From Pseudobdellovibrionaceae bacterium (GTDB lineage: Bacteria > Bdellovibrionota > Bdellovibrionia > Bdellovibrionales > UBA1609): a stretch of 33,108 bases of DNA. The stretch lies in contig NYZX01000056.1 of assembly GCA_002686065.1 (NCBI GenBank), forward strand, positions 1 through 33,108, given 5' to 3'. The notes under the pieces were generated by a model. It was not told the DNA's origin. It made no database searches and saw only the letters and a program-made list of their open reading frames with translations. The translations under genes were made by a program, and so were the position numbers. Shown one piece after another: positions 17,189 to 25,241 of the stretch. Position 1 is the first letter of the stretch; every line of letters starts with the position of its first letter.

Positions 17189-17614
17189 TCAGGCCTCTTC
17201 ATCCACGCGGCGATGCTCATCAAACTGACGATACCCACCGACAGCTTTGCGCCCCATTTTCACCTGGCGTAGCTCGACCAACATCTTAGACTTTTCTTTT
17301 TCGATAAACGAAAGAACCTCAAGATCTTGCGCTAAGATACGCTGAACGACGTCTTCTTTTTCACGTAAGGCCAAAGAAATAGCCTTCTTACCACTTTCTG
17401 TGATGTGGCCAGGCTCTAAAACTTCACGGTTAAAGTCTTCAATCCGAGCATCCACGTGACTAACAAGCTCAAGCAGCACTTCACGAGCGTTATAAAACTC
17501 GTCAAGGTGGTCAAAGCGGCCTTCACTTAAACTTGTGATTTGTTCTTCGTTTAAACGATAGAACTTAAACAGGTAATCATTCTTCTCATTTAGTAGATCT
17601 ACAATCCTTTGCAC
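17189..17614 (-). CDS. flagellar export chaperone-like protein (FlgN/FliT-type, tentative)
   Basis: 141 aa, all-helical. GTG start with AGGAGGG RBS, 16 nt after fliS, which is the usual position of fliT/flgN-like genes. Confidence 0.5.
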   Translation of the reverse strand: MQRIVDLLNEKNDYLFKFYRLNEEQITSLSEGRFDHLDEFYNAREVLLELVSHVDARIEDFNREVLEPGHITESGKKAISLALREKEDVVQRILAQDLEVLSFIEKEKSKMLVELRQVKMGRKAVGGYRQFDEHRRVDEEA

Positions 17615-17630
17615 CCTATCCCTCCTGGTT

Positions 17631-18029
17631 CTATCGTTGTGGCGAATCTTCGCGTTTTAGTTTTTCAATGGCTTCCTGCCATCCGGTATGCAATGTCTGC
17701 ATCACTCCAAGGGCATCTTCTAATGCCTTTTTATCAGAGTGAATGTTTCCTTTGGTCAGCTGGTCTGTGACAAACATATACAGCTGCTCAAGGCTTTTAG
17801 AGATCTCACCACCCACCTCGTGGTTTAAGGTGTTGTTAAGTTCTAAAACGATGTCATAAGCGCGCCCAATGTTGGTCCCTCGAGCGGCAATATCGTTTTT
17901 TTCAACGGCAACAATAGCCAGCTTGATAAACTTGATCGCCCCTTCGTAAAGCATAAGCAGTAGCTTTTCCCGACTTGCGCTTTGTATGGATGTTTTCTTG
18001 TACTTCTGATACGGATTACTCACCAGCAC
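17631..18029 (-). CDS. fliS: flagellin-specific chaperone FliS
   Basis: 132 aa. YQKYKKTSIQSASREKLLLMLYEGAIKFIKLA...LELNNTLNHEVGGEISKSLEQLYMFV is the classic FliS pattern. GTG start with AAGGAG RBS. Confidence 0.9.
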   Translation of the reverse strand: MLVSNPYQKYKKTSIQSASREKLLLMLYEGAIKFIKLAIVAVEKNDIAARGTNIGRAYDIVLELNNTLNHEVGGEISKSLEQLYMFVTDQLTKGNIHSDKKALEDALGVMQTLHTGWQEAIEKLKREDSPQR

Positions 18030-18103
18030 TCGCTCCTTGACAGCATTCGTTTACTTTTCGGATCTTTAACGTTTCATACTTAGTCATCAATTTCGTTTCC
18101 TAT

Positions 18104-19471
18104 CTAAAGTCCTGGGAAGGCACCGCCGCCTCCACCAAGCGCAGCGATTTGGCCACGCTGGTTGTTCAAACGCGCCATGGTTTCTTCAAGGTTGGCAAAC
18201 TTACGCTTTAAGCTAACTTCTTTGCGCTGTAGTTGGCGCTCTTTGTTGTCGATTCGACGATTGGCCTGATCAATTCTATTTCTAAGACCGCGTTTTCTGT
18301 TTGAAAGTGGACCAAAGGCTCCGTCTAGCAAAGTTCCAACACTTCGGCGAAGATTCGGTACGAATCCCGTACTAAACCCATCACCAGCAAAGAAGGCACT
18401 GACGGCATCAGGGTTCGACGCTACAATTTGGTTAAACTTATCCTGGCTAAATTCTAAGGTACCACTTCGCGTAAATTGGATACCCAACTGGCCTAATCGC
18501 TTGATTGGCCCAGCGATACCCACCTGAGTTGATTGAACCAAGTTTCTAAGACGGTTTTCAATGGTACGCAGTAAGCTATCACCACCTAAGGTTCGTGTCG
18601 TGTCCGAGTTCTCGTTCAGCGAGTTTTGCTCTTGAATGAAACTGAATACCTTGTTCATCGCATCGACAAAGTCTTTCACCCTGGTTTCGACCACTTCACG
18701 GTCTTCGCTGACCGAAATATTGACCTGTCGACCCGGGCTGGCCTGCCGAAGGTTTAAAGTAACCCCTGGAATCAAGTCTGTGACGGTCGTATCACCCACT
18801 TCAAAATCAATCCCATCAATTTTTACTTTTCCGTTCTTGGCTGCGATTTCTTTATCAAAGTAGACATCCTGATCACCATCAAGGAAGTACAAAGTCGGAT
18901 AGCTGACCTCGTTGTCTTCACCCAATGCGTCTCCAGATAACATCAACCGAAAGGGTGCATCCGGCTCGTCACGGTCATTGATAACCAAGGCACGGATCCC
19001 CAAGTTTGAATTGTTAATGGCACGAGCGACGCCATCAAGCGTGCTGTTCTCACCAGAGATGTAAATTTCCTTATCGCCATCTTTGGTTTCGAATTTGATA
19101 TAACCGGTACCTATCTCGGTGCGGTCACGATCAGGAAACCCGTTGGTGACTGCGGCAGCTTTTTGAGGAAGGTCGACGACTTCAATGTTATAGCTACCTG
19201 TTTTAGCCGCCTGTGGATCAACTGCACCCGTGACGATCGAGGTGTCACCACTATCTAGTTTTAAATCGTTAAACCCGCGCACTGAGGCCAGTGATGAGAT
19301 AGATTCTTGAATCGAGCGCACGCGTCCTTCGAGATCTGTCACCAGATCCATCTTGGCTTGTGTATTACCCAGCTTCCGCTGTTCACTGCGAATAGGTTCT
19401 CGCTCAGCATCTAACAGCTGCTCGACAATATTCGGCGGTAATCCTGAGGCACGTCCTATGCCAAAATTCAT
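18104..19471 (-). CDS. fliD: flagellar filament cap protein FliD
   Basis: 455 aa. N-terminal GIGRASGLPPNIVEQLLDAEREPI and C-terminal coiled coil (RIDNKERQLQRKEVSLKRKFANLEETMARLNNQ) are typical of FliD. Confidence 0.9.
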   Translation of the reverse strand: MNFGIGRASGLPPNIVEQLLDAEREPIRSEQRKLGNTQAKMDLVTDLEGRVRSIQESISSLASVRGFNDLKLDSGDTSIVTGAVDPQAAKTGSYNIEVVDLPQKAAAVTNGFPDRDRTEIGTGYIKFETKDGDKEIYISGENSTLDGVARAINNSNLGIRALVINDRDEPDAPFRLMLSGDALGEDNEVSYPTLYFLDGDQDVYFDKEIAAKNGKVKIDGIDFEVGDTTVTDLIPGVTLNLRQASPGRQVNISVSEDREVVETRVKDFVDAMNKVFSFIQEQNSLNENSDTTRTLGGDSLLRTIENRLRNLVQSTQVGIAGPIKRLGQLGIQFTRSGTLEFSQDKFNQIVASNPDAVSAFFAGDGFSTGFVPNLRRSVGTLLDGAFGPLSNRKRGLRNRIDQANRRIDNKERQLQRKEVSLKRKFANLEETMARLNNQRGQIAALGGGGGAFPGL

Positions 19472-19726
19472 AACGAATGCACTCCTTGCACTTATAGTTT
19501 AACGCGAACCCTATAAGTCAGTGAGTCAATAATACGTCGACCTCACCTAAGACGAGGCGGCATATTTTTCCGTATTGGTGCGGCTTTGCGGACGATAGTC
19601 GGAAGTTTGACAGACCAATGAGTCCTTGCGTGAACAACTCCGGCCAAAGCTTGTCAAAACCTCAACGGCATCAGAAATTCAGGACTTATGGCAAGCCCTG
19701 ATTAGCGCTTTCATTGGAGCTAAGTT

Positions 19727-20908
19727 CTAGTCGCAGTTCTGCGGAAGAGCAAAAGGCTTTGACCTGTTTGTCGTTGGCCAGTTTTCGAAGCCTTTTACCG
19801 AAAGAAGAATAAACTGTGACCTTTGGTTCTGGTCAAAATTGTTGTCGCTGACAAGAACCAAGCTTCCTGAACCATCTGGAAAGCGTGGGCCGTAGGCGAT
19901 TCCCTCCAGACTGTCCAATGATTGAAAACCGGGTGTCAGATCAGACAAAATAGTCGAAAGGTCTAAGAACAAAGATTTCTTCAAGAAGTGAACCTTAGAC
20001 TTATCTACATCACTCAACGAAAACTCGCTTTCGATGTTCGTCGCATCCTTTGTGTCTACTTGGAATAGCCTATGAATGTTGACGTAACTTCGAGCTCCAT
20101 AAAACAGATGCGATGTTCGCTCCAGGGCAATAAGCCGATCATCATCAATGGCAAGTAGGTCTGATAGCCCGACGCTTGCAGATCGAACTCGCATTCGATC
20201 TGATTGGACCATTTCTGGATAAACACTGACTTTATAGGCAAACTCTCCGACTAACTTCGGAGGAGTCACCGATATATCATATTTAAGAAGCCTCACATTC
20301 GCCGAGTTTTCGAAGTCCGACCGCTCACCGTCTTGGTAAAGTGGGTACTCGTTCGCTGTGTAGAGGTACTTTCCTGAAGGGGTCACAGTCAGAGATTCAA
20401 AGCCTCCGTTTTGACGGACACCAGAAACATCCGGACGGGACTTAAACTTTTCGGGAACGGAAAACTCACGAACCAGCTTATAGCTAGGGTCAAACTCCAT
20501 GATACTCGGCTCACGGTGTAGTCGTCCCGCATCGGGGTGTAAATTTCCCTCAGAAGAAACAAACAACCGAGCCCCAGCTGTGGCTATTCCTTCGGCATCC
20601 AATAACCACCGAGCAAAAGGTCTGTCTGAAGAATCCTTTAGCAAAATCGTATCTTCCACCTCAACCTGAAGCCCTTCACAGCTCAAGCCAAATCCAAAAC
20701 GATGAATGTGTGGGTGATATCTGTCATCAGAGACGGCAAACAACGACTGATCTGAAGCCATGAACGCCCCTGACAACCCACCAACTCTAAGCCCACTGTG
20801 AAATGTGTCTGTCGACAAATTCGCATCACCCACAACTCGAATATCAGGAACCCCTGCAAACAGCGACCCACACACGACCAACGAAAAAACCAGAGTAAAG
20901 ACTTTCAC
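19727..20908 (-). CDS. secreted esterase-like-activity-of-phytase family protein
   Basis: 393 aa, GTG start, signal peptide MKVFTLVFSLVVCGSLFA. GGLSGAF...AVSDDR, FESLTVTPSGKYLYTANEYPL and LEGIAYGP...LVLVSDNNF recall the phytase-like beta-propeller family. Confidence 0.65.
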   Translation of the reverse strand: MKVFTLVFSLVVCGSLFAGVPDIRVVGDANLSTDTFHSGLRVGGLSGAFMASDQSLFAVSDDRYHPHIHRFGFGLSCEGLQVEVEDTILLKDSSDRPFARWLLDAEGIATAGARLFVSSEGNLHPDAGRLHREPSIMEFDPSYKLVREFSVPEKFKSRPDVSGVRQNGGFESLTVTPSGKYLYTANEYPLYQDGERSDFENSANVRLLKYDISVTPPKLVGEFAYKVSVYPEMVQSDRMRVRSASVGLSDLLAIDDDRLIALERTSHLFYGARSYVNIHRLFQVDTKDATNIESEFSLSDVDKSKVHFLKKSLFLDLSTILSDLTPGFQSLDSLEGIAYGPRFPDGSGSLVLVSDNNFDQNQRSQFILLSVKGFENWPTTNRSKPFALPQNCD

Positions 20909-20920
20909 GATAACCCTTCC

Positions 20921-21568
20921 TTAACTACCAACATTTCCTAATAGACCTTGATCAGCCATACTTTGCTCTTCAGCACGAAACAAATTCATCAACTTCTCGG
21001 AGAACTCTCGGCTCATATACGGACTTAGCTCGGAGTAGAACTTATCCCGCACCTCTTCAAGCTCTCTTTCAGACATAAGCCCTTGAATCACCGACTGCTC
21101 CGCCTCTCTCACTTGGGTATAGAAATACTGGACATAATCCAATACCCCCGAAGCTTCTACTCCATCGAGCCCTAAGGTCGACTGAACCTGAGCAAGCATA
21201 TCCCTTTCAAAGACCTTTTGAGTCGCCTTCGCAACCACCTCTGGTTCCATATCCTGAACCTGGTTTTTCCACTTGCGAGCAACACCAACATCTGGGACTA
21301 ACACCCCCGAATCTAGCTGTTCACCACTGGGCTCTGGCAAGGCTTCACCTTCCTCCTGAACCGGCGTCACATTTAAACTGTCGCTCGGCTGGCTTGTCAC
21401 ATTTAACGTATGATCAATAGAAACCCGTTCCAAATCGTTAGACTGTTCGCTGTCACTTAAAACAGACTCAGTTTTGACGATCTCGAGCTCACTTCCATGA
21501 TCCAACGGCACCAGAACATATAGTGCAGCCACAGCCACAACTAGGTAAACCAAGTTTGATTTCTTCAT
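20921..21568 (-). CDS. hypothetical membrane-anchored/exported acidic protein (215 aa)
   Basis: N-terminal hydrophobic segment LVYLVVAVAALYVLV. 12 nt upstream of the phytase-like gene, so probably co-transcribed. Confidence 0.6.
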   Translation of the reverse strand: MKKSNLVYLVVAVAALYVLVPLDHGSELEIVKTESVLSDSEQSNDLERVSIDHTLNVTSQPSDSLNVTPVQEEGEALPEPSGEQLDSGVLVPDVGVARKWKNQVQDMEPEVVAKATQKVFERDMLAQVQSTLGLDGVEASGVLDYVQYFYTQVREAEQSVIQGLMSERELEEVRDKFYSELSPYMSREFSEKLMNLFRAEEQSMADQGLLGNVGS

Positions 21569-21585
21569 CCCTGTAACCTCTTAAC

Positions 21586-21622
21586 GCAAAAAAGCGCGAC
21601 GAACTCAAAGGCTGTCGCGCTT
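21586..21622 (-). terminator. rho-independent terminator after the 142-aa gene
   Basis: Minus strand: GCGCGAC (21620-21614) - 13-nt loop - GTCGCGC (21600-21594), followed by T6 (21593-21588). Confidence 0.75.
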
Positions 21623-21663
21623 CTATAACTAGGCAAATCAGAACAATTCACCCAACAAATTTC

Positions 21664-22092
21664 TTAGCGGTGAGTGAACCACAAAAGAACTTTGTCATAT
21701 GGCTCGTTACGATCTGTGCGGTAAACGAAAAGTGGCACGTAGTACTCACCTTCGGCCCAAGAGTAACGGAACTTGCTTTTATCAACATAAAGTTGACCGT
21801 CAGCAGTATAGTAGTTACCAGCGCTTCCGCTAAGTTCAGTCTTGTAAGTCTGACCAGCAACTTCAGTGTAGTAACCGTTTAGTAGGTTTACTGAATCGTA
21901 AAGACGAACGCCCTTACATTGTGTTCCACGAATGTTCACCCAGCATTTGTCGCCAGAAGTACATTTAGTGTGAACTGTACCACCACAGTTTTTAAGGAAT
22001 CTTGGGCTGTCGTGGTTAACATCCTGTTGGCCGCTGAAAGCCAATGCTGAACTTGTAGCTAGCGTCATAAGTGCGACGATTAGTGATTTCAT
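21664..22092 (-). CDS. small secreted Cys- and Tyr-rich protein (142 aa)
   Basis: Signal peptide MKSLIVALMTLATSSALA. Strong RBS AAAGAGGAGA 7 nt upstream. Five Cys in CGGTVHTKCTSGDKCWVNIRGTQC. Own terminator. Confidence 0.7.
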   Translation of the reverse strand: MKSLIVALMTLATSSALAFSGQQDVNHDSPRFLKNCGGTVHTKCTSGDKCWVNIRGTQCKGVRLYDSVNLLNGYYTEVAGQTYKTELSGSAGNYYTADGQLYVDKSKFRYSWAEGEYYVPLFVYRTDRNEPYDKVLLWFTHR

Positions 22093-22501
22093 ATTTATTC
22101 TCCTCTTTTTATTGTGTCTCTTTTTTACTGCTCAAGAGCTTACTCGCTAAACGAGCTCCTTACAGAACCCGCCAAAATCCCTCTGCGACTCTTGATTCGC
22201 GGCGAACGTAACGCAGGTCCCGGACGAAATGGAACCGCCAAATTTCTTTTGTAAGGTTTTCTAGAGTCAACAAGGCGGATTTGTAAAATTGGGATAACGA
22301 TACGGACCAAGGAACGCTGTGCCCTGAAGCCGATTCAAGAGACTTGTAGATATCACAGGTCTACACCTTGTCCATTGCGAACAAATATGCGGATGTGGGA
22401 TGATTCCGCCGAGGCAGGAGAAAGCACGTATCGCCCTGCACCTTATTAGAGGTGCGCCCCTGGGAAGGCTAAAGGTGATAGTAAGTGCTGACATGGGAAT
22501 A

Positions 22502-22527
22502 AAGCTTTTGACCGAAGTCAGAAGCTT
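22502..22527 (+). other. 11-bp hairpin in the leader of the 888-aa gene
   Basis: AAGCTTTTGAC (22502-22512) - CGAA - GTCAGAAGCTT (22517-22527), with one G-T pair. Lies 48 nt upstream of GTG 22575. Confidence 0.4.
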
Positions 22528-22574
22528 GGACAGCTGACGGAGAGGCTGCGGTCCATAAATTTAAGGGGCTCCAG

Positions 22575-25241
22575 GTGAGATACTTTTGTTTTGTATCGGC
22601 GATCTCAGAGACTTTCCGTAAACACGCTCGCATACAGGCGAAGGCGATACTATTTGTTCTTTCAACACTGTTTGCCTTAAGCGCTCAAGCAAGGTTAATC
22701 AATCCAGTCATCATTGAACCTTCGGATATTCTTTTCCAAAACTTTCCAGAGTACATCTATCGGAACGGCCAGCTGGTTGAATCCACAAAGCCTTTTAGCT
22801 TCACTTATATAGACCGTCGAGGGGCTAAAAGATCTGTTAAAGGATATTTGCGCCCAGGAACAGAGCTTCTGCTTAAAACCCTTGTTGAGAAGAAAGCCGC
22901 AAATCCCAACTTCAACTTCCACTTCTTGAGCTCATGGCCCCAGGCGAAACTATTTGGGTTTCTTACCGCCTTAAATTCAGATCAGCTACCCATCATCGAC
23001 ACCATCGGTTCCGCATTCGGAAGCGAAGTCATCCAGGCCTATAACAGCTTAAAAGGCAATCAAAACGGCAACCTAAAAGACATTGGCCTTTTCCACCCGA
23101 GTCGTACACATTACCAATCCCTATGGACGTCAATTAAAGGAATCGCAAGTAAAGGCCTATCCCTGAACAAAGACGATCTTATGAAGCGAATGGGAAAAGG
23201 ACCTGACCAGGGCATAAACACAGCGATAATGATCGACAGTCACGCCAAGAACGTCGTCAAACATCAGCGAGATAACGTGGTCGTCCCTGCTCCAAGCCCA
23301 TGGAGAAACGAAAAGTTCAAAGCTAAGTTTGCAAACGCTGTGAAGCGCCCATTAACAACCTTAGGAAACACTCTGCTAAACCACGAAGTTATTGTGGACA
23401 ACACGAACAGGTATCGTCAGCTACGAATTTTAGTAGACCTTTTATCCGATGCCGAAAAAACATCTGTTCCAACCGATGTCAGACGCTGGAGCGAACTGCT
23501 TAGATACGCGAAAACCCTTTCTTTGGATATTTCCCACTATTCGTTTTTGATTGCGGATGTCTTCAAGGAAGACTCTGAAGATACAGAGGTCCTTATCCTG
23601 GGTCGCGATACAGATTTATTCTACGAGGGCGTAAAAACCCTGATCGAACCTCTTGGAATCAAAAGCCATGTGTCCTACATCAATATGAGCCGCCTTATTG
23701 CCAGCAAGCCAGCTAGCGATATCATAAAGGCTCTTGAGTACGTCGGTGTTGACATTGAAGGAGTTCGAGCTGGCCGAAAGAAACTTCGTGTCATCGACTC
23801 GAATCACACAGGAAGTATCGCCCGAAATATCATTCGTGCCGTCGCCGGAGAACAAGGCGAAAGCCCTCAGTGGCGAGATATCGCATCACGAATGTCCGCC
23901 TTTTACTTCAATGTCGTTCGAACCAACCGGATTCCCCTTGAAAGCTGGCCAGACTTCAATACCTATATGGTGAATGGTGGTTTTTTCGAAGACCCTGTTC
24001 ACCAGGAACGCGCCGGTGGGTACGCATTAATGCGGGGAACAACAGCTTACCTCGATACCTATCGACCGAAGCCCATCCAACGTACTGCTGAAATCCGGGA
24101 AGATGGCTCGCTGATTGAGCTTCCGGCGCACCCATCAGAGCTACGAGCTCGTCATGTCTTAGCAGAGCATATTAAAGCCCACTTTTCGTCTCCTGATATT
24201 CGGTCTGTATTAAAAAACCGTCTACAATTCGTTCGTAACCAGCCCGGTCATTATCCCGCTTCCTGGCCCGCAAACGAACCTTACTTCGGAGAAGCACCAC
24301 TAAGCAGAATCATTGACCCAGCTAATCTGGCTGAGGCCATGAACCCCAAGAAAGCCGACAACAAACTTGGGATGTCCTTTTCAAAGCATATCCGTAGTCA
24401 ACGCCGCCATAACATGCTGCCCTTCACCTTCACCCACTTGCACCCGGACTCATTGACTAGGTGGCATATGTACCGCCCCGAATGGGCCGCAAACGAGACA
24501 GAGATTGACCTTGGCCAAAACTTTTTTAAACCTAATTTCGACAGCTCATCTTCGAACTCAATAAACTTAGAACCTTTGAACACGGCCAGTTTACACGAAC
24601 GTCGAATTGCTGCCGTTCAAGCTCTATCGCGTAGTGCCCGCGGCGAACATCTGGGTGGCAAAACACGTGTGTACGGCGAAGAACTTGCCGAGACCACAAG
24701 ACGGTCCAATAACCAAGTTACAGACAACCTGTTGTTGGCTAAAGACCTAAAGTTCGACGACTACAACCAGCTTGGTGAGTTTATCAAACACCAGATAATC
24801 GATATCTACGTCAAAGAAGTCCGACGAGGTTATGAAAGCGGAGACATTTGGAGAGTCCATAACTATCAAAACGATCAACAACTTGTAAGTGGCGAGTTTT
24901 CGGACGCCCAACAGGCTATCGACCTTGAGCAGGACTGGATCTGGTTTTCTGAATGGCTGTTTATGTATCTAAAACATGACTACGACCCGATTCGCCTTGG
25001 CGCAAAAGTCCATTTCTACTTTGCAAACTACCTTCACCCCTCGATTGATGGCGCGGGGAAGTCAGCTCGCGATCTAGTCGACTTCGTTTTTCTTCGAAAA
25101 GGGTATATGCCACCGGACTGGTCAAGAGTTACAAAAGACGAATATTGGCAAAAAACACAATCTTATGATGACCTACTTGAGTTGATTACAGCGCTATCCG
25201 TAAGTGGAGACACCTACCAGTGCAAATCCATTTTTCAGTAG
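22575..25241 (+). CDS. exported 888-aa protein with C-terminal Fic-like domain (degenerate motif HPSIDGAGKSAR)
   Basis: GTG start with AAGGGG RBS. Signal peptide AILFVLSTLFALSAQA|RL. C-terminal HFYFANYLHPSIDGAGKSARDLVDFVFLRKGYMPP (motif at 25035-25070) fits the Fic core HxFx(D/E)GNGRxxR in His, Asp, both Gly and the last Arg. Confidence 0.7.
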   Translation: MRYFCFVSAISETFRKHARIQAKAILFVLSTLFALSAQARLINPVIIEPSDILFQNFPEYIYRNGQLVESTKPFSFTYIDRRGAKRSVKGYLRPGTELLLKTLVEKKAANPNFNFHFLSSWPQAKLFGFLTALNSDQLPIIDTIGSAFGSEVIQAYNSLKGNQNGNLKDIGLFHPSRTHYQSLWTSIKGIASKGLSLNKDDLMKRMGKGPDQGINTAIMIDSHAKNVVKHQRDNVVVPAPSPWRNEKFKAKFANAVKRPLTTLGNTLLNHEVIVDNTNRYRQLRILVDLLSDAEKTSVPTDVRRWSELLRYAKTLSLDISHYSFLIADVFKEDSEDTEVLILGRDTDLFYEGVKTLIEPLGIKSHVSYINMSRLIASKPASDIIKALEYVGVDIEGVRAGRKKLRVIDSNHTGSIARNIIRAVAGEQGESPQWRDIASRMSAFYFNVVRTNRIPLESWPDFNTYMVNGGFFEDPVHQERAGGYALMRGTTAYLDTYRPKPIQRTAEIREDGSLIELPAHPSELRARHVLAEHIKAHFSSPDIRSVLKNRLQFVRNQPGHYPASWPANEPYFGEAPLSRIIDPANLAEAMNPKKADNKLGMSFSKHIRSQRRHNMLPFTFTHLHPDSLTRWHMYRPEWAANETEIDLGQNFFKPNFDSSSSNSINLEPLNTASLHERRIAAVQALSRSARGEHLGGKTRVYGEELAETTRRSNNQVTDNLLLAKDLKFDDYNQLGEFIKHQIIDIYVKEVRRGYESGDIWRVHNYQNDQQLVSGEFSDAQQAIDLEQDWIWFSEWLFMYLKHDYDPIRLGAKVHFYFANYLHPSIDGAGKSARDLVDFVFLRKGYMPPDWSRVTKDEYWQKTQSYDDLLELITALSVSGDTYQCKSIFQ

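Noticed and set aside
22161-22173. TACAGAACCCGCC resembles the conserved 3-prime ACAGAACCCGGC element of RNase P RNA
   Set aside because: On this strand the rest of the RNA would have to overlap the well-supported 142-aa CDS. I could not find the GGAAAGTCCGG P4 element. Judged coincidental.
22267-22494. 75-aa minus-strand ORF in the long intergenic region
   Set aside because: It has no RBS and a Cys/Arg/Pro-rich composition untypical of the other genes. It is more likely non-coding DNA.
22093-22574. Possible riboswitch (cobalamin-like GGGAAGGC / GGTGCG words, c-di-GMP-like GCAGGGC)
   Set aside because: I found only isolated short words. I could not assemble the conserved cores (B12 box, GEMM tetraloop-receptor) by eye. 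This needs an Infernal/Rfam scan before any call.
22700-23300. N-terminal ~250 aa of the 888-aa protein loosely resemble an FCP1/NIF-type HAD phosphatase layout (YLRPGTELLLKTL...FHFLSSWPQAKLFGFLTAL...AIMIDSHAKNV)
   Set aside because: The nucleophile motif DxDxT is absent at the expected place (IIEPSDILF). The resemblance is too weak to call without a profile search.
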